This document shows, piece by piece, positions 1 through 9,234 of a DNA stretch of 64,000 nucleotides. The DNA is from Terriglobia bacterium (GTDB taxonomy: Bacteria; Acidobacteriota; Terriglobia; UBA7540). The notes below the pieces were generated by a model. It did not search any database and was not told where the DNA came from. It saw only the letters and a list, made by a program, of their open reading frames with translations. Made by a program: the position numbers and the translations under genes. How positions within the stretch are numbered: position 1 is the stretch's first letter; every line of letters begins with the position of its first letter. The DNA lies in assembly GCA_049522495.1 (NCBI GenBank), contig JBEKNU010000002.1:18365-82364 (forward strand), given 5' to 3'.

Positions 1-1341
1 AGCGGCAATCTGATAGACCGTGGCGTTGCTCCGCATGTAGGTGGCATACAGCAGATCTTTATCCCTGAGCTTGAAATCAAAGCGGTCGTTGGTGGTCCCA
101 ATGTCGTGAGCCGTCCGGTTCACAGGAATATAGTCAAACGCCCCGTTCGGCAGCCCCGGGGTGACGATGCTGGGGGCAGGGAGATAACCCATCAAGGTGT
201 TGGACTGGGAGGCAAACATCGACGTGGGAATCACGTTGCCGGCGAAGGCTGCGCTGGTCAAGGGATTATACAGTTGTCCGGCGGTGCTGCTGCAAACGCC
301 GCTGCCATTGAAGCTCGCGCCCGCAATGCTCGTGCAGATTGACCCAAAGTTACCCTGATGCATGGCCAGGGAGGGCTGAATCAGGTTCTCCGGCGTGTAA
401 GTGCGATCGATGTACTCCGAGTAGTTGAGGAAGAAAAAGACTCGATCGCGCTTGATGGGGCCGCCGATATTGATTCCCATCTGGTTACGGACATATCCGG
501 GGCGAGGGATGTGGAGGGCGTTGTTGGTGAAGGCGTTGGCATTGAGGGCCGCATTGGCATTAATCTCGTTCAGGTCGCCATGGAATTGGTTGGACCCGGC
601 CTTCGTCACCATGGCAATGGTGGTCGTCCGCGTATACTCGGCATTGGTATTCATTGAGTCCACCCTGAATTCCTGGAAGGACTCGGGCTGGGGGTAGACG
701 ATCGCGTATCCGTTGTTCGCATAGGCCTGCCCGCCGGTTGCCAATTCATTGGCTTCCGCACCGTTGAGCGTGTAGTTGAGAGACCCGATATAGGCCCCGC
801 CATTGACCCGGGCATTGGACAGGATTTGGCCATACATGAAGCCCGGAACGATCTTATCCACCGCATCGATGGTGTCGTTATAGAGCGGCAATTCGGCGAG
901 CTGCTGGTTGTTGAAATTAGTGCCCACGCTGACCGAATCCGTGTGCACCATCGAGACATCCTTGCCGGTCACGGTTACCACTTGGACAGCCGCCCCGACC
1001 TTGAGCGTCACGTCCGCGCGCTGCGTTTGCGCGCTCAGCAGTTGCAGGTCGGTGACCTGAGAAGTCTCGAAACCCTTCTGGGTCACCAAGACCGTGTACA
1101 CACCGGCCGCCAGGCCTGACACCGAATAAAACCCCACGGAATCGGTCACGGTCTTGCTGGTTATGGATGTCCCCTGGTTGGTGATGGCAACATCAGCTCC
1201 CGGAACTACCGCGCCGGAACTGTCGCTGACGTGGCCGAGGATGGTGCTGGTGATGATTTGCCCCCGCGCCGTCGTGCAGAATAACAGCACGAACGCCGCG
1301 AGTGCCCACGAAACTCTCCGGAGATGCTCAGTTTTTTGCAC
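1..1341 (-). CDS. TonB-dependent-receptor-like outer-membrane protein with N-terminal carboxypeptidase-regulatory-like domain (5' part only; gene continues beyond window start)
   Basis: Absent from the supplied ORF track because it runs off the edge. The minus-strand frame from GTG (1341-1339) is stop-free for 447 codons to position 1: VQKTEHLRRVSWALAAFVLLFCTTARGQIITSTILGHVSDSSGAVVPGADVAITNQGTSITSKTVTDSVGFYSVSGLAAGVYTVLVTQKGFETSQV... AGGAGG (reverse complement of 1349-1354) lies 7 nt upstream. A signal peptide followed by a CarboxypepD_reg-type beta-sandwich is the usual N-terminus of Acidobacteria-type TonB-dependent receptors. Confidence 0.7.
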   Translation of the reverse strand, partial: MQKTEHLRRVSWALAAFVLLFCTTARGQIITSTILGHVSDSSGAVVPGADVAITNQGTSITSKTVTDSVGFYSVSGLAAGVYTVLVTQKGFETSQVTDLQLLSAQTQRADVTLKVGAAVQVVTVTGKDVSMVHTDSVSVGTNFNNQQLAELPLYNDTIDAVDKIVPGFMYGQILSNARVNGGAYIGSLNYTLNGAEANELATGGQAYANNGYAIVYPQPESFQEFRVDSMNTNAEYTRTTTIAMVTKAGSNQFHGDLNEINANAALNANAFTNNALHIPRPGYVRNQMGINIGGPIKRDRVFFFLNYSEYIDRTYTPENLIQPSLAMHQGNFGSICTSIAGASFNGSGVCSSTAGQLYNPLTSAAFAGNVIPTSMFASQSNTLMGYLPAPSIVTPGLPNGAFDYIPVNRTAHDIGTTNDRFDFKLRDKDLLYATYMRSNATVYQIAA

Positions 1342-2114
1342 GTCGAATCCTCCTGTCACTGGAATATAAGTGCCCAATGTCCGACGCCACTCGCACGCGG
1401 ATGTAACACGCCTGTAACGTTCGACTGCGAGGCCATTCGCCAAATTGTATTGAAGCAGTGATCCCTGAGTTTGGTCTATCGCGGTTAGATTAATCGCCTC
1501 GTGTGGTCTTGTCAAGAGGAATTTTTTGTCCGACGTGAGGAGCAAGTTCGGTTATTTCACGGCGTTATGTTGTGGTCTAATGTGGGCTAATTGGAGCCAG
1601 ACCTCGACTCCTCAACGCAACATCTTTGAAATAATCTGCGGTGTTTTGTGACATTTTGGCGGGGAGGGGGCGGCTTTGCTGTCATTTCAGCCGACAGGCT
1701 TGTCGACAATACAGACGGAGCTATGCACCTGTCAAAGCAAAGTAGAGCTCAAGTTTATCATGGTGGGTGCCGATGGAAGGAGCGTGATTGCTTCGACCGC
1801 TTCTCTGCCTTGGGCCGCTCTGCGCCTTGCATTTGCATATCGGCGATCGGCTTCACCTTGAGAAGGACGGAGCGCGCGCGCTTTCTTCTCTGGCAGCGGA
1901 AAGCGGATTTTGTTTTGGTTTTCCCATGCCCGCATGATGGCGCAGGGGGGTGCGATAGTGCAAGTCGCGGATGGGACCAGCGGACCGTTGACTGCAAAGG
2001 CTTTGGCATGTTACATTTGTGATTCAGGGTAACCCCAAAGTTCATTGCAAACGTCCATTTGGTGTGGTAGTGTTGCGCCCCCAGGAATGGTGTAAAAAAT
2101 AGGAGAGGCCCCAG

Positions 2115-2363
2115 ATGGCTATCAAGAAAAGGTACAATGTGGGAGGAAGGGAAATCATGGGAGAAGAAGTGGAATTTGAAACAGAGCGCGAATCGTGGAA
2201 TGTTTACATTCTTGGGGATGGTACCACGCTTAAAATGAAGTCGGTAGCAGCCAGTATTGTGAGGTTGGACGAGTATGGTCCGAATGGCGACCCCATCTAT
2301 ATTGCGAACGCTTCCATTGTGGTGGCGACCGACGTACCTGAAAATCTAAAGAGGCACCCATAA
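2115..2363 (+). CDS. hypothetical small protein (82 aa), first gene of a lower-GC three-gene islet
   Basis: ORF track 2115..2363. AGGAGAGG lies upstream of the ATG. The stop TAA (2361-2363) directly abuts the next ATG (2364). No family recognised. Confidence 0.5.
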   Translation: MAIKKRYNVGGREIMGEEVEFETERESWNVYILGDGTTLKMKSVAASIVRLDEYGPNGDPIYIANASIVVATDVPENLKRHP

Positions 2364-2786
2364 ATGCAAATAAGCGCAACAACCCGCGACAATCAAGGCG
2401 CTCTTCCGGCAATACTTTCACAACAAGTGACTGGCGAAAACCATGGTTGGTCCAGGACTGACCTGCAGGTGTGGTTCATGGCGGATTCAAGGAATAAGCT
2501 GGTTTTCAGCTTCGAGACTTTCATCGGGTTGGAGTTGTCGCTTGTGCCCCAAGTGGAGACTATTTTTGTAAGAAGCGACAGCGAAACTGGAAAGGGCTAC
2601 ACTGTAATTACTGTCATCAACGAGCGCGACCCTCATGTACGAGCACTGGTATATGCCAGGGAACAGGCCATTATGGACGAGGCGCGAGGAATTGAATTCA
2701 GTTTCCGCGTTGTCTCAAGAATGAATCGCGATCTCTCTAGCCTGATTGATAACGTCGGGAAAGTCGTGTTTCAGCGTAAACGGTAA
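2364..2786 (+). CDS. hypothetical protein (140 aa), middle gene of the islet
   Basis: ORF track 2364..2786. AAGAGG lies ~9 nt upstream. The gene is tightly packed between its neighbours. No nucleotidyltransferase (GSx..DxD) or other motif recognised by eye. Confidence 0.5.
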   Translation: MQISATTRDNQGALPAILSQQVTGENHGWSRTDLQVWFMADSRNKLVFSFETFIGLELSLVPQVETIFVRSDSETGKGYTVITVINERDPHVRALVYAREQAIMDEARGIEFSFRVVSRMNRDLSSLIDNVGKVVFQRKR

Positions 2787-2798
2787 AGGTAAAATGTC

Positions 2799-3155
2799 TT
2801 GCCGACAACACCAGAACATCGCGCGAAAGCGGAGAATAATGAGTTTCTTGTTGATACGCTTGAAAATCCGTTCTGGGATTGGGCGATCAACGGAGTTTTC
2901 TACGCGGCACTACACTATGTAGAGGCGTATTTCGCCAGCCGAGTTCCTGCAGTCCATCCCTCTACTCATACCATAAGAGACAACCACATACATCGTGATA
3001 AGACATTAAAACCTATATATGTGGACTATCGCCAATTGGAGGATGAGAGCCGCAACGCAAGGTACGACGCTGGTATGAAATTTACTCAGTCTGATGTCGG
3101 TATGGCAAGAGGCTGTCTGGATAGAATAAAGAAGGTCATTCTTCCCCTGCTCTAA
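2799..3155 (+). CDS. HEPN-like domain protein (118 aa)
   Basis: ORF track 2799..3155 (TTG start). All-helical-looking sequence with an Rx4H motif, RDNHIH (R60-H65, nt 2976-2993). A downstream ESRNARYD segment resembles the R..A.Y helix of classical HEPN domains. Assignment is by eye only. Confidence 0.45.
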   Translation: MPTTPEHRAKAENNEFLVDTLENPFWDWAINGVFYAALHYVEAYFASRVPAVHPSTHTIRDNHIHRDKTLKPIYVDYRQLEDESRNARYDAGMKFTQSDVGMARGCLDRIKKVILPLL

Positions 3156-3342
3156 TCTGTCAGCATCTATCGCTTCCCGGTGGCCAATTTCAATGCGATC
3201 CGAGGCTTCACGGCTGGCGGATAAGCTCCTTGGGGCTAGATTTCTAAACCCTTTGCTGTCACCCTGAGGCGTTCATCGCCCCGCCGCTTCATCGACAGCT
3301 CGTGATTTCATTCAGGCCTGAGTACCTGGGGGGACGCGTTGT

Positions 3343-4719
3343 TCACCACGTCACCTCTACCACTTCATCGAGGTCCGAAGGTGATTCAGCGGGAAGCGTC
3401 AGCACAACGCGATCGCCGTCTTCCTTCCACGCCACAGTCTGGCCGGTGCGGAGCAACTTCGCTGCTTTCGGAGAGTGCACACCCGTTAAGGTGGCCGTCG
3501 GATGTTGGTGTGAGAGAAAATGAACGTACCATACGTTGCCCTTGATGGTCACGGGAGCATCGCTGCGCTCCGGATACGGTCCGGCCTCGACATCAAATAC
3601 GGAGACACTGTTGTGCTTCATCCACGCCGCCATCTCGTCGCAGATGGCGTAGTAAGTGGGCGCCATCGTCCCGTCCGGCCGCGGCCCGAAGTCCGGGAGG
3701 TAATTGCCGCCCCAGGCACGATCCCTGGCCAACCGCTCGAGGAGATGGCTGGTAGGCCGGCAGGGAGCATTTTCTCCGCGCCAACTCCAGCCCACGCACA
3801 CCTGCTCGCACTGTTCCCAGGCGCCCTCCGGACGATTGGCCGGATCCCTGGCCTCAAAGTGGGTGTCGTAGTCTCCAAACATCCTTTTGGGGCTTGTCCA
3901 GTGGCAGTACCGGTCGTTTTGCACGATGTGGGGCTGAAGCTGGCGGACGTAGCGATCCATGTCTTCCCCGTGAATGTCGATTCCTTCCGGCCAGTCGTAA
4001 CCATCCCACCACCACAAGTCGATGACGCCATAGCGGGTCAGCAATTCGCCCACCTGGCCCTTCACATAAGCATAGAATTGCTCGAAGTATTTCTGCATCT
4101 CCGCGATGGGCATGTCGACGAATTTTGGAATCCCCAGTTTCTGCGGAGAGGAATGGTGCATTTCCGCATCCCGCCGCGGAAAGGCCTGATGCGGCCAGCC
4201 CTGGGGGTTGTAATGCCAGTCGGTGGGCGAGTAATAAAAACCGACCTTCAAGCCGTGCTTCCGACAGGCTTCGACGTAGGGGCGCACCAAGTCCCGTCCA
4301 TGCATTGTTTGTTTTGTGCTGAAGTCACCGAATTCGCTCGGCCACAGGGCGTAGCCGTCGCAGTGCCGGGCGAGGTATACGCAGTATTTGAATCCGGCAC
4401 GCGCTGCCGCCTCCATCCATCGGTCGGGATCGTAGTTCTGCGGATCGAACCGGTCGGCCAAGGCGTAATATTTTTCCGGTGGCCAATACGGGTTGGGCTT
4501 GCCGACGTCCTCAAACAAACCCCACCCAATTTCGATGTTTCCCAAGCTGGAAATTCCAAAGCAAATGAAGAGCCCGAGGCCGTCCCGCGAGAACCATGCC
4601 TGGCTCGGCCGGCGGGGCTGAGTTGAATCTGTGCCCTCCGCCAGATTGAGGTGCGCATGGGCTGCCAGGGGCAGAGCGGCAGTTGTCGCGATGGATTGAA
4701 TGAAATTTCGCCGGTTCAT
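3343..4719 (-). CDS. alpha-L-fucosidase, GH29 family, Tat-signal exported
   Basis: ORF track 3343..4776. I prefer the ATG at 4719 (GGAGA 7 nt upstream), giving MNRRNFIQSIATTAALPLAAHA (twin-arginine signal). GH29-type blocks: GLGLFICFGISS, AGFKYCVYLARHCDGYALWPS, GRDLVRPYVEACRKHGLKVGFYYS. Confidence 0.85.
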   Translation of the reverse strand: MNRRNFIQSIATTAALPLAAHAHLNLAEGTDSTQPRRPSQAWFSRDGLGLFICFGISSLGNIEIGWGLFEDVGKPNPYWPPEKYYALADRFDPQNYDPDRWMEAAARAGFKYCVYLARHCDGYALWPSEFGDFSTKQTMHGRDLVRPYVEACRKHGLKVGFYYSPTDWHYNPQGWPHQAFPRRDAEMHHSSPQKLGIPKFVDMPIAEMQKYFEQFYAYVKGQVGELLTRYGVIDLWWWDGYDWPEGIDIHGEDMDRYVRQLQPHIVQNDRYCHWTSPKRMFGDYDTHFEARDPANRPEGAWEQCEQVCVGWSWRGENAPCRPTSHLLERLARDRAWGGNYLPDFGPRPDGTMAPTYYAICDEMAAWMKHNSVSVFDVEAGPYPERSDAPVTIKGNVWYVHFLSHQHPTATLTGVHSPKAAKLLRTGQTVAWKEDGDRVVLTLPAESPSDLDEVVEVTW

Positions 4720-4823
4720 ATTCTTGTCTCCTTTCGGATTTCTCTCTCTCGGCCTTCCGAAGTTATCAATCGACACTCGTCAATCGAAAATTCCGCGATG
4801 ACCAGATGGCCCGATGGCCCGAT

Positions 4824-5936
4824 CTACTTCAACGGTGTCCTCGGATAGTCCCCGCTGCGGTTGGGCGCAATTCTTTCCGCGTAGGCCGGCAAAGGCGGAG
4901 CAGGGTGAGCTCCTTCCTGATACCAGAACGCCACGCTGGTGTAATCGTCGTGGCTGGGCACTTGTTTTCCGTTGTCGTTTCGCTGGTTTTGAATTTCCAC
5001 TTCGAGCGATTTCTGGAAGCGCACAGGATTCGCCAGATACCATCGGTACATGCGATTCTGTCCCTCATCCATCTGGATGTACCCGCTGTAAATGTACGAG
5101 TAGATATGTTCGAATCCCCAGCACGCGCCGTATTCGTCTTCGGTTCCAGCGGTGTGAGTCAAAGCCTTGCCGTCCACGCGGAAATCCGTATCGCCTTCAC
5201 CCCACCAGCCCTCCCATTTGGTATCCACCTGGAGGAAATTGCCGACGTATTGGCCTTTGCCGGTGACATCCAGTAATTGGTGGATGCCGTCGCGAACCGG
5301 ATTCGAGCGGTTATACGTGGCATGGAGGCGGCTCATCTCGCCGGCGAAGGCGGGGTCACTTTCGTAATCGACGCCATACGCCACGGGGCGGATGTACTCC
5401 TCGTCGCCGTCATTCGCCAGGACCACGCGCGCGCGACGGGAGAAGGGCATGGGCAAATAGCACATGTAGTTGTAGTGATTGATTTGCATGGGGAGCGACT
5501 GATAATCAATCACTTTGTGGTTGAAGACGCCGAAGAAGGCCCAAAGCGGAACGCGAATGCTGGGCTCGGCGGCGTCGTCCCAATAGACCTTCAGCACCAG
5601 GCCGGCGTAAAGCGGGCCGGTGCCGTCCGTGCCATGCTTGTAACTGTTGTCGGTGTAATAGAAGTAGGTGATTTTCCCGGGGCCCGCGAGGTCGGCGAGC
5701 ACGAATTCCTTCCCCGGCGGCAAATCGATTCGGTGGTACTCCGTGTGATTCGCGAAGGCGCCGTTGTTGATGCGGAAGATGTCGTTAATCTGCGCCCAGA
5801 CGCGGGGCGAAGGACCCGCCGCAATCCACGCTGCCACCAGCAGCGCGATCATCGCCGGCCGGGCTGCGAGCTTGCGGCCGGGGTCAGCGGGGGTACTCCA
5901 CTTTTCCGCGCGCGGTCGATCATCCGAATGATTCAT
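4824..5936 (-). CDS. DUF2961 / GH172-family glycoside hydrolase-like protein, secreted
   Basis: ORF track. N-terminal hydrophobic signal segment. Characteristic DUF2961 blocks: GKGQYVGNFLQVDT, WWGEGDTDFRVDG, GTEDEYGACWGF, YRWYLANPVRF. Confidence 0.8.
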   Translation of the reverse strand: MNHSDDRPRAEKWSTPADPGRKLAARPAMIALLVAAWIAAGPSPRVWAQINDIFRINNGAFANHTEYHRIDLPPGKEFVLADLAGPGKITYFYYTDNSYKHGTDGTGPLYAGLVLKVYWDDAAEPSIRVPLWAFFGVFNHKVIDYQSLPMQINHYNYMCYLPMPFSRRARVVLANDGDEEYIRPVAYGVDYESDPAFAGEMSRLHATYNRSNPVRDGIHQLLDVTGKGQYVGNFLQVDTKWEGWWGEGDTDFRVDGKALTHTAGTEDEYGACWGFEHIYSYIYSGYIQMDEGQNRMYRWYLANPVRFQKSLEVEIQNQRNDNGKQVPSHDDYTSVAFWYQEGAHPAPPLPAYAERIAPNRSGDYPRTPLK

Positions 5937-6006
5937 GTTGTTTCTCCCTTAGGGCGGGATAAATATCAGATTTCCATACCGGATTGCAACTGTGACTGAC
6001 GGTGCG

Positions 6007-6287
6007 GGGTGCTATAACGATATTCCACGTCCTGTGGCGGTCATGGGATGCGGAGGCGCCAGGCGGACTGCTGGCTCTATCACACGTACGGGGACATCCT
6101 CGGGTGGGGGTGCTATGTAACTTACCGTTAATATAAAAGGTTCTACTTGAAGGGTCGGAGGATTTCGGGTAGACTGCAGATAGTCCAAACGTTTGAATGT
6201 CATAGCCCGACGGGAGGGGGAGTTACCCCCGCAAGGAAAGGTTTCTCCAGATGAGCTTCACCACCGAGGTGGTGGGGTGGGTGCTAT
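6007..6287. repeat. three direct copies of the 9-mer GGGTGCTAT in the divergent promoter region upstream of the two-component operon
   Basis: Exact copies at 6007-6015, 6108-6116 and 6279-6287, all in the same orientation, inside the ORF-free 5937-6325 gap. Confidence 0.45.
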
Positions 6288-6325
6288 ATCCTCTTGGGTG
6301 AGCCAGAGGGGCATTAGTTCGCAGC

Positions 6326-8191
6326 TTGGTTTTTGGAGCGCACGGTATGATTTTCGAAGGCGGAGCGGCGGGACTGGAGGGACAGGGCCGGGATCAGGAG
6401 TATTTCCTGGCACACGCCTGTCTCGTGCTCGGTTCTGCTTGCGTCCTTACCGGCTATCTCTATCCTGCGGTTCTCGGGAGGCATGTTGCCCTTGGCCGGC
6501 TATTGACTTTCGCCTATTTTGCGTACGGACTGTTAAACCTGGCGGTGGTGCGGTATGGGCGGCACAGCGGTTTGGTATGGCGATTGAGTTCTCACGTCGC
6601 GGACGTGATTCTTGCCTCGTTGATCATCATGATGACCGGGGGAGCGCACAGCCCGTTCCTTCCCCTCTACATTTTTGTGCTCCTCTCGGCGGCAAGCCGG
6701 TGGGGTGTGGCGGGAATTCTTCCCACGGTCTGCGTCGGCATTATTGTTTTGTTGTTAGACGCGGGTCCCCCTTCTGCCTGGTCCGATGGCATGCCGCACT
6801 GGGTGGGGGGAAGCGGGTATTTCAATGCGATTATTGCCCTGCTGGTCTTGTCGGCATATCTCTTCGGCCTACTGATGGAAAGGGAGAAGAAGCAACATGC
6901 TGACGGTGTTATTATCACGCGGCTGGTCAGGAAGACGCTTCATGAATCAAGCTTACGAGTGAATCTCGGGAATATCCTGAAATTTGTGCGCGAACACTTT
7001 CATGCCGATCAGGTGGGGCTGGTCATCCAGGAGATTAAAGGTGAACAGACATTCTTCTGGGAAGCCAGCCGCCCGACACACCCCGGTGAAAACGAGGTCA
7101 AGTCCTGGAGCCTGACCGGGCCGGAACGAGAGGCATCCTTTGCCATGTTGCCGGAAGAAGTCTGCCGGCTGCTCGGACTGCGTCGTATGGGAGGGGATCC
7201 AAAGCTGCGGGCCGCGGCCATGGTGAAGCGGGAGGAAGATTTGCAGAATCCCCTGCGCTCGGCGCTGGCGCAGTTCAGTGCCTTGGATCACTACTATGAC
7301 GAGCTTTACGATATGCGCATTGTGAGCGAGAAGCACGCGCCCTTGGGAGGATTCGGCTCACTCCTTGCCACCTCATTTTCTTTAGAGAAGAGGTGGTTTG
7401 GGCGCCTTACCGTTTACGGCCCCCGGAATCGAATGGACTCCAAGGACAATTCCCGATTCCTGGCGACTTTAGTCCGGGAAGTGGGCCCCGTCATTTTCAA
7501 CAGATTCCTGGTGGGGCGCTTGCGGTCACGGGCTCAATCCCGGGAGCGGTTGCGCTTGGCGCAGGAACTTCACGACGGGGTTATTCAGTCGCTGATCGGG
7601 GTGGAAATGCAAATCGATCTCCTGCGGCGGGCGCAAGAGAGCGCGAATGGCTCGGGCGCCCCGAGCGGGGATTTGAAGCGCTTGCAAGAAGTTCTCCACA
7701 ATGAGATTGCAAATTTTAGAGAGGAAATGCACCGCGTAAGACCGCTGGAGGTTGAGCCTGCCCGCCTTTTGGACTGCCTGGAGTGTACGGTGGAGAGGTT
7801 TCGGCGCGACCTGGGAATTTCCGCCAGTTTTGTCGCCGAAGCGCAAGAAATATCCTTGCAACCTCGGGTGTGCGCCCAGTTGGTGCGGATCGTGCAAGAG
7901 GCGCTGGCGAATGTCCGCAAGCATAGCGGCGCCCACAAAGTGCAAGTGGCCTTTGGCCGGGAGAATGGACATTGGAGATTGTGCGTCGAGGATGATGGCC
8001 GCGGTTTTGGGTTCACAGGCCGTCGATCGTCCCTAGAGCTGGAAAGTGTGCCCGAGTGTCCCTTGGTCATCAAGGAAAGGGTTCGCTCCATCGGGGGCGA
8101 ACTCATGATAGAATCAGTTCCAGGTTCCGGAGCCAAATTAGAAATCTTTGTACCCTTGAGCACTAATGGAAGAACTACCAACTCCAATTGA
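6326..8191 (+). CDS. membrane-bound sensor histidine kinase (HisKA_3 / NarX-type) with multi-TM N-terminus
   Basis: ORF track. Start uncertain (TTG 6326 or ATG 6347). About 5-6 hydrophobic helices in the first 190 aa. H-box LAQELHDGVIQSLIG. HATPase_c blocks QEALANVRKHSGA and VEDDGRGFG. Confidence 0.85.
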   Translation: MVFGAHGMIFEGGAAGLEGQGRDQEYFLAHACLVLGSACVLTGYLYPAVLGRHVALGRLLTFAYFAYGLLNLAVVRYGRHSGLVWRLSSHVADVILASLIIMMTGGAHSPFLPLYIFVLLSAASRWGVAGILPTVCVGIIVLLLDAGPPSAWSDGMPHWVGGSGYFNAIIALLVLSAYLFGLLMEREKKQHADGVIITRLVRKTLHESSLRVNLGNILKFVREHFHADQVGLVIQEIKGEQTFFWEASRPTHPGENEVKSWSLTGPEREASFAMLPEEVCRLLGLRRMGGDPKLRAAAMVKREEDLQNPLRSALAQFSALDHYYDELYDMRIVSEKHAPLGGFGSLLATSFSLEKRWFGRLTVYGPRNRMDSKDNSRFLATLVREVGPVIFNRFLVGRLRSRAQSRERLRLAQELHDGVIQSLIGVEMQIDLLRRAQESANGSGAPSGDLKRLQEVLHNEIANFREEMHRVRPLEVEPARLLDCLECTVERFRRDLGISASFVAEAQEISLQPRVCAQLVRIVQEALANVRKHSGAHKVQVAFGRENGHWRLCVEDDGRGFGFTGRRSSLELESVPECPLVIKERVRSIGGELMIESVPGSGAKLEIFVPLSTNGRTTNSN

Positions 8192-8840
8192 GATTGTCAT
8201 TTCGGATGACCACCCGGTATTTCGGGAGGGTTTGCGGAAGCTGCTTGAAGCTGAGCGGGGGTTCCGCATTGTTGCGGAAGCTTCGGATGGCGAAGAGACG
8301 GTCAAGGTGGTCCGCCAGCACAAACCGAGGATTTTGCTGTTGGATCTTTCCATGCCCAAGGGCACCGGCCTTGAGACCTTGCGCGCGTTGAGCCAGTTGG
8401 GGATTCAAACGCGCACCATCCTCCTGACTGCGTCCATCGAGAAGGAGCAGGTGATTGAGGCGCTGCAGTTGGGAGCGCGCGGCATCGTCTTGAAGCATTC
8501 CACTCTCCAGGTTATCTTGAAGAGTATCCGCTGCGTAAATGATGATCAGTTCTGGATCGGCCAGGATAGCACTTCCGACCTGATCCAGGCCCTGCAACGG
8601 ATGATGCCTCAACACCGTGCTGCGGAGACTACGCGGAACTTCGGACTTACCGCTCGTGAATTGCAGGTCGTCGCGCTCATCGTGGCGGGCTACACCAATA
8701 AGGACCTAGCTCGGAAGCTGGGTATCAGTGAACACACTTCCAAGCACCACTTGACGAACATTTTTGACAAGCTGGGAGTCTCCAACCGCTTGGAACTGGT
8801 GCTCTTTGCCATCAACCACCAGTTGATTAAACAGGACTAG
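8166..8840 (+). CDS. response regulator, NarL/LuxR family (REC + LuxR HTH)
   Basis: ORF track. REC: IVISDDHPVFREGL...ILLLDLSMPKGTG. HTH: LTARELQVVALIVAGYTNKDLARKLGISEHTSKHHLTNIFDKLGV. Overlaps the kinase stop by 26 nt. Confidence 0.9.
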   Translation: MEELPTPIEIVISDDHPVFREGLRKLLEAERGFRIVAEASDGEETVKVVRQHKPRILLLDLSMPKGTGLETLRALSQLGIQTRTILLTASIEKEQVIEALQLGARGIVLKHSTLQVILKSIRCVNDDQFWIGQDSTSDLIQALQRMMPQHRAAETTRNFGLTARELQVVALIVAGYTNKDLARKLGISEHTSKHHLTNIFDKLGVSNRLELVLFAINHQLIKQD

Positions 8841-8880
8841 CACCGCCCCCCACGATAGCCCCCTTTTTTCGGCCCTCGGG

Positions 8881-9020
8881 GGCTCATAACCCGTTAAAAG
8901 AAGAGCATGTTAGCGTGCCATCCAGATATGGGCTATTAGTGCTATTTCAACTATACCATCGGGCTATTGTCAGGGTTTTCTAATCAGCTAAGCTAAGTGT
9001 GTCCGGTCAGTACGTTGTGG
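8881..9020 (+). promoter_or_regulatory. conserved EPS-locus promoter/leader element, copy A (putative -35 TTGTCA 8967-8972, -10 TAAGCT 8989-8994)
   Basis: About 140 nt strongly similar to 14434-14575 and 17637-17778. The shared core is TCCTATTTCAACTACACCATCGGGCTATTGTCAGAGTTTTCTAATCAGCTAAG..GGGTGTGCGTC. The spacing TTGTCA-16 nt-TAAGCT is sigma70-like. Confidence 0.5.
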
Positions 9021-9234
9021 TTGACCGGCCGGGAGCAAAGAATAAACCCGGTTGTCAAAGATCTGCCTTCGCGACAGGGGCCTCAGTCAGGGTTGATGCG
9101 AGCCATGTTGGATACGAGAAGCGATGGGTTCATTCATAGGCATGAGCGTGCCCAACGCTTGCTATTCTATTCAGCACGGATGGAGACTAGTTTGGGCGTC
9201 GCTTCTCGTACGAACTAGACTGGAGGCTTTCAGA

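Noticed and set aside
3520-4626. 368-aa plus-strand ORF antisense to the GH29 gene
   Set aside because: It is entirely nested opposite a well-supported fucosidase gene. Its composition is Arg/Pro/Gly/Val-rich and low-complexity, as expected for a shadow ORF in GC-rich DNA.
8997-9218. Small ORF in leader copy A whose translation (..PQSGLMRAMLDTRSDGFIHRHERAQRL..) is mirrored by an ORF in copy B (14457-14738, ..PQSGLIQTMLDARSDGHIHSNERAQRL..)
   Set aside because: The nucleotide differences between the two copies are mostly non-synonymous (M/I, R/Q, A/T, T/A, F/H, R/S, H/N), with few synonymous changes. No RBS is evident. The conservation is better explained at the DNA/RNA level. A leader peptide is not excluded.
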